From Bryobacterales bacterium (GTDB lineage: Bacteria; Acidobacteriota; Terriglobia; Bryobacterales; UBA6623), in the NCBI GenBank assembly GCA_040902925.1, contig JBBDWJ010000321.1, positions 125 through 64,124 of the forward strand: a stretch of 64,000 nt of DNA, given 5' to 3'. Below, one piece after another: positions 31,911 to 41,954 of the stretch (the stretch's first letter is position 1; the number at the start of each line of letters is the position of its first letter). The position numbers were made by a program, and so were the translations under genes. The notes under the pieces were generated by a model. That model ran no database searches, had not been told where the DNA came from, and saw only the letters and a program-made list of their open reading frames with translations.

Positions 31911-33017
31911 ATGAGAGGACTGAAGATTCAGGTATTGTGCCTGATGATACTTTTGGCGGCTTGCGTTGCTGGAGCCGCGACCCACGAAGGGCTTGCCACG
32001 CTGAAAAGCGGCAAAGCGGCATTGCAGTCAGCCGGCGTTTTGGCGTTCGGGCCTGACGGAATTCTTTTCGTCGGCGATTCACAGGGCGCGAAGGTATTTG
32101 CGCTTGACACGGCTGATCGCGACGCCGGATCGGGCAAGGTAAATATCTCCGGCATCAACGAAAAGGTTGCCGCGATGCTCGGGACCGCCGCCGATCAGGT
32201 GCTGATCAACGACATGGCGGTCAACCCGATTTCGAAGAAGGTGTATTTTTCCGTGTCGCGTGGGCGGGGGCCGGATGCGACACCGGTTATCTTGCGGGTG
32301 GGCTCGGCGGGCAAAATCGAAGAGCTTGCACTCGACAACATCAAGCACGACAGCGTCGAGATCGGCAACGCGGTGAGCGCTGACGCTAAGGACCGCCGCG
32401 GCGACAGTCTGCGCATGCAGGCGATCACGGATTTGCACTACGTCGATGGCCAGGTGTTTATTGCCGGCCTCTCGAATGAAGAGTTTTCATCGAACCTTCG
32501 CTCGGTGTCTTTCCCATTCGCGACGGCCGACAAAGGGTCGAGCGTCGAGATTTTCCACGGCGCTCACGGGCGCTGGGAGACTAACTCGCCGGTTCGCACT
32601 TTTGTGCCGTATGAAGTGCAAGCCGAGACGAACCTGCTGGCCGCTTATACCTGCACGCCGCTGGTACGATTCCCGGTATCGAAGCTGAAACCGGGGACCA
32701 AAGTCGTCGGCACGACGATCGCCGAGTTGGGCAACCGCAACCGGCCGCTCGACATGATCGTTTACAAGCAGGGCGGCGTCGATCAGTTGCTGATGACCAA
32801 TAGCAGCCGCGGCGTGATGAAGATGGCGATGACGGACGTCGGCAAGTACGATGCCATCACCGAGCCGGTGAAGGAAGAGAAAAGCGGACTGCCGTACGAG
32901 ACGATCGAGCAACTCAAAGGTATCGAGCAACTCGACCAGCTCGACGACACGAGCGTGGTGATTTTGGCGCGCGCCGAGAGTGGATCGCTTGATCTGAAGA
33001 CGATTCCGCTGCCCTAG
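31911..33017 (+). CDS. Secreted hypothetical protein (beta-propeller-like)
   Basis: Start placed at MRGLKIQVLCLMILLAACVAGA, preceded by AGGAGG (the track ORF begins at 31866). It has a signal peptide and repeated strand-rich segments. No family was recognised. Confidence 0.75.
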   Translation: MRGLKIQVLCLMILLAACVAGAATHEGLATLKSGKAALQSAGVLAFGPDGILFVGDSQGAKVFALDTADRDAGSGKVNISGINEKVAAMLGTAADQVLINDMAVNPISKKVYFSVSRGRGPDATPVILRVGSAGKIEELALDNIKHDSVEIGNAVSADAKDRRGDSLRMQAITDLHYVDGQVFIAGLSNEEFSSNLRSVSFPFATADKGSSVEIFHGAHGRWETNSPVRTFVPYEVQAETNLLAAYTCTPLVRFPVSKLKPGTKVVGTTIAELGNRNRPLDMIVYKQGGVDQLLMTNSSRGVMKMAMTDVGKYDAITEPVKEEKSGLPYETIEQLKGIEQLDQLDDTSVVILARAESGSLDLKTIPLP

Positions 33018-33205
33018 GTTCGCGTTTGCCGCAAGCGGCGAGTTGCGGAGTGGAGCATAGCGTCGCGCAGGCCCGCGCGATTGGAATGGGTCCGGGCTCA
33101 GGCGCTCAACCCTGAGCCCGGCGGTTTCGTGGCGCGCTTCGAAGGCGGCGACCCCAGTCGATATGCTCGACCGCCGCCAACGCCTCGCGCGACGATTCGA
33201 CGGAA

Positions 33206-34366
33206 ATGTCTGCGAAGCCCATGGGATCACGTTCCGTTCTCGCTTCTCTCGCTGTTTTTGTGTCGCTGTCGGGCGCCGCTTTTTGCCAACAACCCCCTGC
33301 CATCCATTTCAACGGTGATGCCGCGAAGCCGGTGTTCGAGCTGCGCGGCTGGAAAGACGCCAGCCCAGTGACGCCGCCGAACGCCTCGGCGCGGGATCAG
33401 TGGCAACTCGTTTTCGCTGTCTTCGTCGCGCAGGCCGATGCGGGCTCCGAAGTTCCGCCGCTTTCAGGGGCCTACGATCTGCGGGACGCGACTTTGTTCT
33501 TTGTGCCGCGCTATCCGCTTCAGCCGGGGCTCAGCTACCGTGCCGTGTTCTCCGGCGCTGGCGGTGCGCCCGGCGGCGAGGGTTTGGTCGAGACTTTCTC
33601 GATTCCCAGAACGGATGCGGGTCCTCAAACGTTTGTCGAGCAGGTTTACCCCACTGCAAACAGGCTTCCCGAGAATCTGCTGAAGCTCTATATCCACTTT
33701 TCGGCGCCGATGAGCCGCGGGGAAGCTTACCAGCGGGCTTCGCTGCTGGATAGCACGGGGACGCGCATCGACTTTCCGTTTCTGGAACTGGATCAGGAGC
33801 TTTGGGACCCCGAGGGCCGGCGGCTCACACTGCTGTTTGATCCGGGGCGGGTGAAGCGCGATCTGCTGCCCAACCGCGAGGTTGGCTCGCCGCTCCGCGA
33901 AGGGGAGCGCTATGTGCTTGTGGTTGATGGCGGCTGGCTCGATGCGAGCGGACGCCCGTTGAGGGCGGCGTTTCGCAAGTCATTCGAAGTGGGTCCACCG
34001 GATCACGAAACGCCGAGTGAAAAGAGCTGGCGGATTGAGCCGCCCAAGGCCGGCACCCAGGACCCTCTGGCGGTGCGTTTTCCCGAGCCGATGGATCAGG
34101 CGCTATTGGTCCGTGTGATTGATATTAAAACGCCCGCGGGAGAAAAACTCGCAGGCTCCATCGGGGTCGATGAGCAGGAAACCCGTTGGCAATTTCGTCC
34201 CGAGGAGCCCTGGAAAGCGGGGGACTATTTGATCGATACCGCGACTTTGCTCGAGGACCTGGCCGGCAACAGCCTGGCGCGGCCGTTCGAGGTGGATGTG
34301 TTCGAGAAGGTGGAGGAGCGCGTCGAGCGGGTCAGCAGAACGCTGCGATTCACCGTGGCTCGTTAG
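33206..34366 (+). CDS. Secreted hypothetical protein with Ig-like (SbsA/Big_5-type) domains
   Basis: Signal peptide (VLASLAVFVSLSGAAFCQQ). There are two segments of the type P.N....L.I.FS.PM... Confidence 0.7.
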   Translation: MSAKPMGSRSVLASLAVFVSLSGAAFCQQPPAIHFNGDAAKPVFELRGWKDASPVTPPNASARDQWQLVFAVFVAQADAGSEVPPLSGAYDLRDATLFFVPRYPLQPGLSYRAVFSGAGGAPGGEGLVETFSIPRTDAGPQTFVEQVYPTANRLPENLLKLYIHFSAPMSRGEAYQRASLLDSTGTRIDFPFLELDQELWDPEGRRLTLLFDPGRVKRDLLPNREVGSPLREGERYVLVVDGGWLDASGRPLRAAFRKSFEVGPPDHETPSEKSWRIEPPKAGTQDPLAVRFPEPMDQALLVRVIDIKTPAGEKLAGSIGVDEQETRWQFRPEEPWKAGDYLIDTATLLEDLAGNSLARPFEVDVFEKVEERVERVSRTLRFTVAR

Positions 34367-35402
34367 CGTCTTCGTGATTTCTGGTCTTCAACAGGGCAAG
34401 CGTCGCCCAGCCGCTCGTTGAAATATGTTGGGCGTAGCTTTGGGAACCGGACGGCCGCGTCGTCTCGATCCAGCCGCCGACGGGAAGCTGCACGCCGATC
34501 AAATAGTTGCGCCCCTGGGCGATTGCCTTCTCGGCCGCCTCTTGATCTATCGCATTCACGCCGGACGCCGCTGCCAACGCTAGTAACGCCACCGCGGCGT
34601 CGAAAGGCTCCGAGGGCGATTTGGGATAAGGGCCCCAACCTCCGTCGCTATTTTGATTGGCAACAAGGCGCTCGATCAGGCCGTGGTGTTTCTGCTGCAG
34701 GGACGCGTTTGGTTCGGGCGGGGCGGGGAACTGGGCCGTGCCCTTCAGGCGGTCGGCAAGCGCCAGCGCAACCGCGCACACATCGACGGTGGCGGCGGGC
34801 TTAGCGGACATGAACCAGGCGTCGGTGCGCGCGACGGCGTCGGCAAAGCGCGATTCGCCCGATACGGTGAGCGTTCGCCGCGCCATGTAGGTTCCCAGAG
34901 CGTCGCCGTACGTCGCGGGCGAACCGACGACGCCGGGGACATCGACATCCCACGAGCCATCGTCTTCCTGGTCCATGAGCAGGCGGTCCGCGGCCAGCGT
35001 GAGCGCTTTCTTATCGTTGACCGCGGCGGTCTGAACGGCCTCGGTGAGCGCGGCGGCAAACTGGATGCGCGCCAGCTTGAGGTCGCTGAAGCCTGGGTCG
35101 CCCTTTGGATCGTCCCATGCGGGAGGATCGAGCAGCCAGGCGGTCGTTTGCTGTAGCGCATCGGGCGGCACGCGGTGAGAAAGCGCGCGGGCTACATAGA
35201 GGGCTCGCGCGGCATCCCCGTTGTTGTGGCACGAAAAGCAGTGGTTCTGGCGGGGCCAGTTGGGGACTTCCTGGGAAAGGTAGGCGACAGCGCGCTGCTC
35301 GGCGTCGGTTGGCGGGCTCTGCGGGTCCGCTGCGCTGAGGACGATCGAGATGGCTGCAACGATCCACCCGACCGGAGTTCGCACAAGCCTCAAGCACCGC
35401 AT
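34350..35402 (-). CDS. Prenyltransferase/squalene-oxidase-repeat (alpha/alpha-toroid) protein with N-terminal CXXCH motif
   Basis: Repeats of the D/NGGW type (QEDDGSWDV, NQNSDGGWGPY, LPVGGWIE). CFSCH lies at about 35226-35240. Start placed at MRCLRLVRTPVGWIVAAISIVLSA (signal/anchor). The track ORF extends to 35522. Confidence 0.75.
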   Translation of the reverse strand: MRCLRLVRTPVGWIVAAISIVLSAADPQSPPTDAEQRAVAYLSQEVPNWPRQNHCFSCHNNGDAARALYVARALSHRVPPDALQQTTAWLLDPPAWDDPKGDPGFSDLKLARIQFAAALTEAVQTAAVNDKKALTLAADRLLMDQEDDGSWDVDVPGVVGSPATYGDALGTYMARRTLTVSGESRFADAVARTDAWFMSAKPAATVDVCAVALALADRLKGTAQFPAPPEPNASLQQKHHGLIERLVANQNSDGGWGPYPKSPSEPFDAAVALLALAAASGVNAIDQEAAEKAIAQGRNYLIGVQLPVGGWIETTRPSGSQSYAQHISTSGWATLALLKTRNHEDANEPR

Positions 35403-35598
35403 CGCTTCAGTGTAGCGGTGGGGAACGAGATTCGAAAGCGTCGTGAAAGTTGCGCGCGAGACACAGAGACCGCGCGTCACGCTGGGCGCGCCGTGCCGCG
35501 GCGCTCTCTCGATCTCTTCCATCGAGGCCCAAATTTTTCCACCAAGGACGCGCCAATTAGAGGGCGGCTTCTGTGCCGATAATCGCTGCTATCGTCTA

Positions 35599-36063
35599 CT
35601 AGTCGAGCAGCTCGAGGACGACCGCCAGGTCGGTGTCAAAAGGAAGCTGTTGGGGCTCGATAGCTGAAGGGGGGATGAGCTTCGGTCCCACGTTTTGCAG
35701 AAAATCTTTTGGGTGTTCGATAAAACGAAGGATGCCAATATATTCCGCGAAATCGTCGTACTGCTTTTGAAGCCCCATGTTGAGCCAGATGTCGAAATGC
35801 TGCCGATGGCTTTCCTCGAGAACTCGACTGGTGACTTCCGGGGAAAACATGTACCCCAGGGCCGGATGCCAGTATCGATTCGAGCCGGCCGAGCGAAACG
35901 ACGCTACCCAGAGGAGCTTGCCGAAAACCGTTGGCACCTGCGCCAGGACGCTTAGCCATGCGGATGCAGCGTTGTCGGCTTCCCGATGAAGGCGAGTTGC
36001 GCCTGCACTCATACCCATACTCATACAAGAAATATTTTGGGCTTTTGGCGGGACCCTACGCAA
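35599..36063 (-). CDS. Hypothetical protein in a local GC dip
   Basis: 154-aa ORF with no recognisable motif. It is more AT-rich than its neighbours. Alternative starts exist at MSMGMS. Confidence 0.45.
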   Translation of the reverse strand: MRRVPPKAQNISCMSMGMSAGATRLHREADNAASAWLSVLAQVPTVFGKLLWVASFRSAGSNRYWHPALGYMFSPEVTSRVLEESHRQHFDIWLNMGLQKQYDDFAEYIGILRFIEHPKDFLQNVGPKLIPPSAIEPQQLPFDTDLAVVLELLD

Positions 36064-36281
36064 GCTGGTAAAAGTACCAGGTTATTCGTTGGTTAAGGTA
36101 AAAACTCGTGTCGGTACCTTGGGTGATTGTCCTATCCGATCCATTAAAAGGCTTTGCGCTTGCAAAGGGACGTAAGGTTTCCCACATCGGCGGCCAGGCT
36201 GCGCGATCCGTGAAACCAAATCATCTATCAGAGGCGCCAATAAAGGCGCCGCGCGGGCACGTAAACAATCAAGAAAACGGG

Positions 36282-37436
36282 TTACTGATGAGCAGCGCCT
36301 CTTGGCAAACTGACAACGAGATCCCGCCAGTTGTAGACCAGAAAGTTCCTGCCAGCGCTGTTCATCACCACCAGGAGGCCCGCAGGAAAACCCTCCCCCA
36401 TCGCGGTGGAAGTGGCCTCGATTCCGTCGGTCGCATCCGCTCCGCCGCGAATCGTCGCGACGCGTTCGGAATGGTCGTGGGGGTCTCCGGCCGACCCCTC
36501 GCGACGAAACAGGTGGTAGGCGCTGTTGCCGGGAATCTGGTCGGTGCAGAGAATGTAGCCGCTGCCGCCGGGCTCGAAATAGATGGCGATCCCTTCGCGG
36601 TCGCCCTGGAAGCCATGTTGCGCGAAGACGGCAAGCTCGCGTCCCGCATCGGGATGATCTGGGTCTGCGTGCCACTTGCGCACACCGATTGCCTCGTCGG
36701 CGTAGTAGACGTAGCCTAGTTCATCGTCAACCGCAACCGCCTCGATCTCGCCCGATCCGCTGAAGGCGCCGAATTCCCGCACCTTCGTCGCTTTCACGCG
36801 GCCTTTTCCGTCATCGTCGAGGCGGTATTGCCAGAGATAGCTTCCGGAAGGTCCTTCCTTGCGGCTGATGATCGCGAACAACGCACCGTCCGCCGGTCTT
36901 CGATAAACCGCGACTCCCATTGGCGCGGCGCGCTCTCCGGGCTCGCCTTCGAATACGCGAAGCCCTTCGGGAGAAGAGACGTCGGTGAGACGCCTGGTCT
37001 CAGCGTCAATGGCGAAAACCCGCAAGCGCTGCCGGTAGCGTTCGGTGAGGATGGCAAAGCCGGTGGTTGTTCCTTGAAGAGCGAGGCCGTATTCGACGTC
37101 TACGTTATTCGGACGGTCGAGTCCCTCGATCTTCTGAAGGGTTTTCCCTTCGAGGTCGTACACGAGCAAAGCGCCGGCTGGAGCCGCAGCCTTGTTGATG
37201 CCCAGGAGCAGGCTTCGCGCGGGATCTTCAGCGTGCAGCCAAATCGCGGGATCGTCGGCATCGGCGCCGGCGATTTCGGTTGCCCGGGCCGGCTTGACCC
37301 GAATCGTGGGTCCACTGGAGGCGGCTTTCTCGACGGGCCCAACCGTTTCGTCCCGCCGCGCAGAGCAGGCGGAGAAACAACACAGCACGGCCGCGGCCAG
37401 CCAGATGATGGCGGTACGTTGCGGGATGGCAATCAT
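36282..37436 (-). CDS. Beta-propeller phytase (3-phytase, PhyC family), secreted
   Basis: DADDPAIWLH, LLVYDLEGK, RPNNVDVEYG, AVDDELGYVYYADE and DREGIAIY line up along the whole length with the Bacillus PhyC pattern. Confidence 0.9.
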   Translation of the reverse strand: MIAIPQRTAIIWLAAAVLCCFSACSARRDETVGPVEKAASSGPTIRVKPARATEIAGADADDPAIWLHAEDPARSLLLGINKAAAPAGALLVYDLEGKTLQKIEGLDRPNNVDVEYGLALQGTTTGFAILTERYRQRLRVFAIDAETRRLTDVSSPEGLRVFEGEPGERAAPMGVAVYRRPADGALFAIISRKEGPSGSYLWQYRLDDDGKGRVKATKVREFGAFSGSGEIEAVAVDDELGYVYYADEAIGVRKWHADPDHPDAGRELAVFAQHGFQGDREGIAIYFEPGGSGYILCTDQIPGNSAYHLFRREGSAGDPHDHSERVATIRGGADATDGIEATSTAMGEGFPAGLLVVMNSAGRNFLVYNWRDLVVSLPRGAAHQ

Positions 37437-37438
37437 GT

Positions 37439-40400
37439 TCAGAATCGCAGCTTCAGGCCCAATTGGAAAACACGGGGTCCGCCAAGGCTCGAAAGGATCT
37501 CCCCGAAGTCGCCTTCGTCGATGTTGGCCTGCGGAGCGCGAAAGTTCGTTGTGTTGGTGATGTTGTAGCCCTCAACGCGGAAGTCCAGTGCGAGGCGCTC
37601 GCTGATGCGCGTGCTTTTTGTCAGCGAAAGATCGAGCCGCCGCTGGCGACGGGGCTCGCAGGATGTTACGGCCCAGGTTACCAAAGTGCGCGCCGCTGCT
37701 CTCGATCAGGTCGCGGTTGATGTAGTTGCCGACCCGCTGCGATGCCGAACCGGACGTTTCAAGATCTTCATAGGTCGCACCGGAAACGATGTTTGGCCTC
37801 GGCTCGGTCGAAGCGGAAAGAAAACCGCTGAAGTCAGCGCTATCGGTGATGGAGAAAGGCCGGCCCGTTTGCAGCGTACCGATGCCACTTAAGGACCAGC
37901 CTTCGGCGAAAGCGTTACCGCGGAACGGAAGGTCATAGGTGAAGCTGAAGACCAGCCGATGCGTGCGGTCGAAATCCGCCGCCGCACGATTGAGAAAGAC
38001 CCGGCTTTGGTCGTGCTGCGCCTGGTACAAACCCTCGTCGGAGAAGTAGTCGATGACCTTCGACCAAGTGTAGTTGATCTTGTAGCTCAGCCCCGCCGTG
38101 TAGCGCTGGCTCAGGCTGGCCTGCAAAGCGTGGTAGGTCGAGTTCGAATCCGATGTGACCATGTTGAGGCCTTCGTCTTCGTCGAAGCCGAGGATCGGGC
38201 CGCGGACCTCCGGCAGGATGGTGCAGTCCTCGTAGTCGTCGAATACATCGCAGGGCGGCTCGGGGACTGGGACGAACTCGTCGTCGACGATATCGAAGTA
38301 GTTCGAAGTGAAGCCGCCGCCGGGGACGCCGGGGCGCTCGAGGAAGCCGACGGCATTCACGTCCACGGGAACGTTTTTGTTGAGGCGCTGAAAAAGCCGG
38401 GTGCCCTTGGTGCCAACGTAGCCGAGCTCGAGCACGGTATTGCTGGCCAGCGGAACCTGAAATCCTAAGTTCCACTGCTGGATGTAGGGCATGCGCAGGT
38501 TGAGGTCCATCATGTGGGCTTCGAGGGCCTCGAACTCGTCGTCCGGATTGGCGGCGGTCGCCAGGAAGGGTTCGCCGTCATCGAAGCCGACCTGGAATTG
38601 GGGCAACGGGAAGGTTTGGCGGTCGACGGGAATTACGTTCCAGTCGTCGACGTCGTTGATCTCCTGCTCGCGGAAGAAGGGCGGCGCGCGTCGCAGGGCG
38701 TTGATGAACCCGCCGGTCGGCCGGTCGTAGTAGAAGCCATAACCACCGCGGATGACGAACCCCTTGCTGGCGAACGGAGAGTAGGCAAATCCGATACGGG
38801 GCGCGAAGTTGTTGGTGTCGTTCGATAAGGTCGAGTTGGTATCCGCGCGGTTGAGGCCGCTGGTATCTCCCAGAATATTCGAATCGAAATTACCAGCGAA
38901 GATGTAGCCGCCGGCGATGCCGGCGCCGGACGCGGCTCGCGAAAGGTCGAAGTTGGGTATCAGGCCGCTGGCCTCGGTGGGCCAACCGAAGAAATCGTAG
39001 CGCAGGCCGAGGTTGAGCGTCAGCTTGGAGTTGACCTTCCAGTCGTCGGCGATGAAGAACGAAACGTCGTTGAGGCGGAAGTCCCGGAAGGTTTCACCGT
39101 AGCTGATGGAAGACTCGGCAATTTGTTCGCCGGCGTCGCCGTCGTCGGGCTCGCCGACGGTCAGGAACTGGGCCCAGCTCTCGAGGCCGTATTGAACGTT
39201 CTTCGTCTCCTGATAATCGCCCTCGATGCGGTGACGCCGGTATTCTCCACCGAAGCGAAGGAAGTGGCGGCCGGATTGAATCGAGAGAGTGTCGCCGAGG
39301 GTGAAAGTCGTCTGCTTGTCCTCGGAAAGATTCTCGGGAGTGCCAAAGATGAAATCGCTGCCCACGTCTTCGGGCTCGATCACGAAGCTCGCCAGTTCGG
39401 GGCGCTCGCCGGCGAGCGGGCTGTTGATGCCGAATTCGGCGTTGCTGAAATAGACGACGGGCGTGGTGTCGTTGCGGTTGAAGAAAACGCCGCCGCGAAA
39501 TTCGTTAATGATAGTCGGGCTAAAGAAATGGGTGTCGGTAACGGAGAAGACTCGCTGGCGCGTATTCTCTTCTTCCTCGAAACGGCTGAGGGCCGTGGAG
39601 TCGGAGAACGGATCGCGGCTCGGCTGGTTGGCGAAGAAGAATTTCCCACTGAGACGGTTGGTCTCGAAATAGTGGTCCAGGTTCGCGCTGAACTGGTCTT
39701 GGCGGTACGTTGCCGGACTGACGGAAGTCACTTGGCAGCTCACGCCTTCATCGTCTTCCTCACAATTGCGGCCTCCGGCGCCCGAAGGGATCAGCGGGGA
39801 GCCATCGGGCAATGTTGCTTGCAGAAGTTGAACGCTGGTTGCGTTCAGGGCGTCAGGGTTCGCGCCCAGGGCATCGGCGAAGGATTGCAAGCCGGCCGTG
39901 GAACGGTCGCTGCTGAGCGCCTGGGGCATTCGCACGGTGTTACTGGCTTCGTCGACGAAAGCGGTGTTGGCCTTGGTGTGCTGATAGGAGCCGAAGAAGA
40001 ACGTTTTCTCGCGAACGATAGGACCGCCGATGATGAAGCCGCCCTCGTTGCGCTGCAATTGTTGTTTGTCGAGGCCGGCGCGATTGAAGAAGAAGTCGTT
40101 GGCGATCAGGTTGTCGTTCTGAAAAAAGTGATAGACGGATCCGTGGAACTGGTTCGAGCCGCTCTTGGAGACAAGCTGGAAGCTGCCGCCGCCGTTGCGC
40201 CCGGTCGAGGCGTCATACAAGCTGGTTTGCAGCTTTACCTCGGCGAGCGTCTCGGGGGCCGGCGCGATATTTCGCGACAACGAGCCGCCGCCGCCCTCGA
40301 TCGTTCCGCGATCGCGGTTGATCCGCGAATCGCAGCACAGCATGTTCGTGGCGTCGACGCCATTGAACAGAAAGGAATTGCTGGTCGTGCGCTGCCCGTT

Positions 40401-41030
40401 GACGCTGGGGCTCACGTTCGCGTTGTCGTTGGAGAGCAGGGAGCTGATGTTGGCGTCCACCCCGGGCTCGATCAGCAATAGTTGCGTGAAATTCCTGGAC
40501 GAAGTCGGCAGGTTTTCCAGCTCTCGAGCGTCGAGCTCACGGACGATGGCGGCTGAAGTGCGCGACACCATTTCCGCGTCCGCGGTCACGGTTACCGACT
40601 CGCTCTGCTGGCCGATTCCGAGCTGGAGAGGCAGGGTGGCGACCTCGCCGGATTTGACTTGAACGCCATCCACGGTGAGGGCCTGAAAGTTTTCCGCCTC
40701 GACAGTGACTGTATACGTGCCGGTGGTCAGGTAGCGCGCCTCCCAGTTGCCGTAAGCGTCGGTCCGCAAGATGCGCTCCTCGCCGGTCTCCGTGCGCGCA
40801 ATATTGAGCGAGGCGTTCGATATGCCGGCGCCGGAGGGGTCTGTAACAGTGCCCGATAGACCTGTATTTCCTCCCGTCTGAGCCGCGAGGGGCGGTACCA
40901 TGACGGTAAGCAACAAAACAAAAAGAGTGTTTAAAGCAAATCGATAAAAGTTCATAAGCGGGGTCATTGCGAGAGACAACGTAGGCCGCCAGGATACCGC
41001 GCCAATGTTGTGAACAAGTAACGAACACAT
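37439..41030 (-). pseudogene. TonB-dependent receptor (CarboxypepD_reg + plug + barrel) interrupted by a 1-nt frameshift near 37651-37654
   Basis: The 1152-aa ORF (37572-41030) ends abnormally after ...FGNLGRNILRA. The canonical barrel end (RRLDLSLTKSTRISERLALDFRVEGYNITN...VFQLGLKLRF*) is in ORF 37439-37684 in another frame. The junction is a GGGG/CCCC run. The likely start is MTPLMNFYRF (about 40967). Confidence 0.8.
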
Positions 41031-41357
41031 GAATAATCGGGGAAGGGAGGGGTTAAAGTTTACCGATGCGGTTTGGAGCCAACGGAACGGCCGGCAAAAC
41101 GGCTGTCCCAGCTCACGCGAGCATGGCAGAGCGAAGCGTGACGGGGTGCTGAGGCCTGTTACACAAATAGCCTGTGACCCCGCCCGCTTGAGGCGAAGCG
41201 TGGATTCTTGATTTCATCCTGGTCCAAAGCCGCGATTGGTCACCCGATCAGCGGCCTTAAACGATACGAGGAAATAGTGCGCGCACTTCAGACAGCCGGA
41301 CGCCTGAGCGCGAGTTTAAGCTGGTCGGGCCCGCAAAACTGTCTGCAGCCGGGACCG

Positions 41358-41732
41358 TCACTGCTTCATGGCGTTGTAGAAGAACTCTTCGCGAACGATC
41401 TTACCCTTCTTCACGGTATACAGCGCCATCTCGTTCATGGGAAATCTCTTTCCCGAAGCCTTCTCTGTTACATCGAGGGCGAAGTGGGCCGCAAACTGTC
41501 CCTTGCCCAAAAACGGGCCATCGACTTGCACCGAGTGCACTTCGAAGGTTCCCTCGAACCATTCGTTCTTTCCACGAATTTTGTCGATGCCGCTCACTTC
41601 GGCCGGCATCTGTGGATTACCAACCGGCTCGACGCTGACGATATCGTCGCTGTAGTATTTGTCGATTGCCTGGATGAATTTGCCTTTGCGGCAGAGCTTC
41701 ACGAGTCCCTTTGCTACATCTTCGAGCGCCAT
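41358..41732 (-). CDS. SnoaL-like / NTF2-fold family protein
   Basis: 124 aa starting at MALEDVAKGL, with GGAGAA upstream of the ATG. The size and pattern match small NTF2-like proteins. The track ORF extends to 41825. Confidence 0.7.
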   Translation of the reverse strand: MALEDVAKGLVKLCRKGKFIQAIDKYYSDDIVSVEPVGNPQMPAEVSGIDKIRGKNEWFEGTFEVHSVQVDGPFLGKGQFAAHFALDVTEKASGKRFPMNEMALYTVKKGKIVREEFFYNAMKQ

Positions 41733-41954
41733 TTTATTCTCCTGGCTCCAATGCGAATCCTGTTCCTGAATCCTAAGGAAGGAAGGGCGCGCATGGGCTG
41801 CCTGAAACACTAACAACCGGACCACTTGAACTGACGCGCTCCGGCATCAGGAAAGTATACACTTTGGCGGCCCTGCTAAGATTCGGGCCCGGCCGGCCAA
41901 AGGAGAGCGGAACGGGAAAGGTCGGGGGAGTGGTGGCGAGGCTCGACAGCTTTT

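Noticed and set aside
31606-32082. N-terminal 160 codons of ORF 31447-32082 treated as a real gene
   Set aside because: The sequence is Arg/Ser/Pro-rich without permease similarity. It overlaps the SD and start of the convincing plus-strand secreted-protein gene.
38135-38160. tRNA-like T-arm string GAGTTCGAATCC
   Set aside because: It lies inside the TBDR coding frame. No acceptor stem, D-arm or anticodon arm can be built around it.
39123-40481. 452-aa plus-strand ORF
   Set aside because: It is antisense to the TonB-dependent receptor barrel, and its composition is typical of a GC-rich shadow frame.
41031-41357. Cobalamin or other riboswitch upstream of the frameshifted TonB-dependent receptor
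   Set aside because: I could not find a B12-box (GCCACTG-like) or any other conserved riboswitch core on the minus strand. The region only has generic GC-rich sequence.
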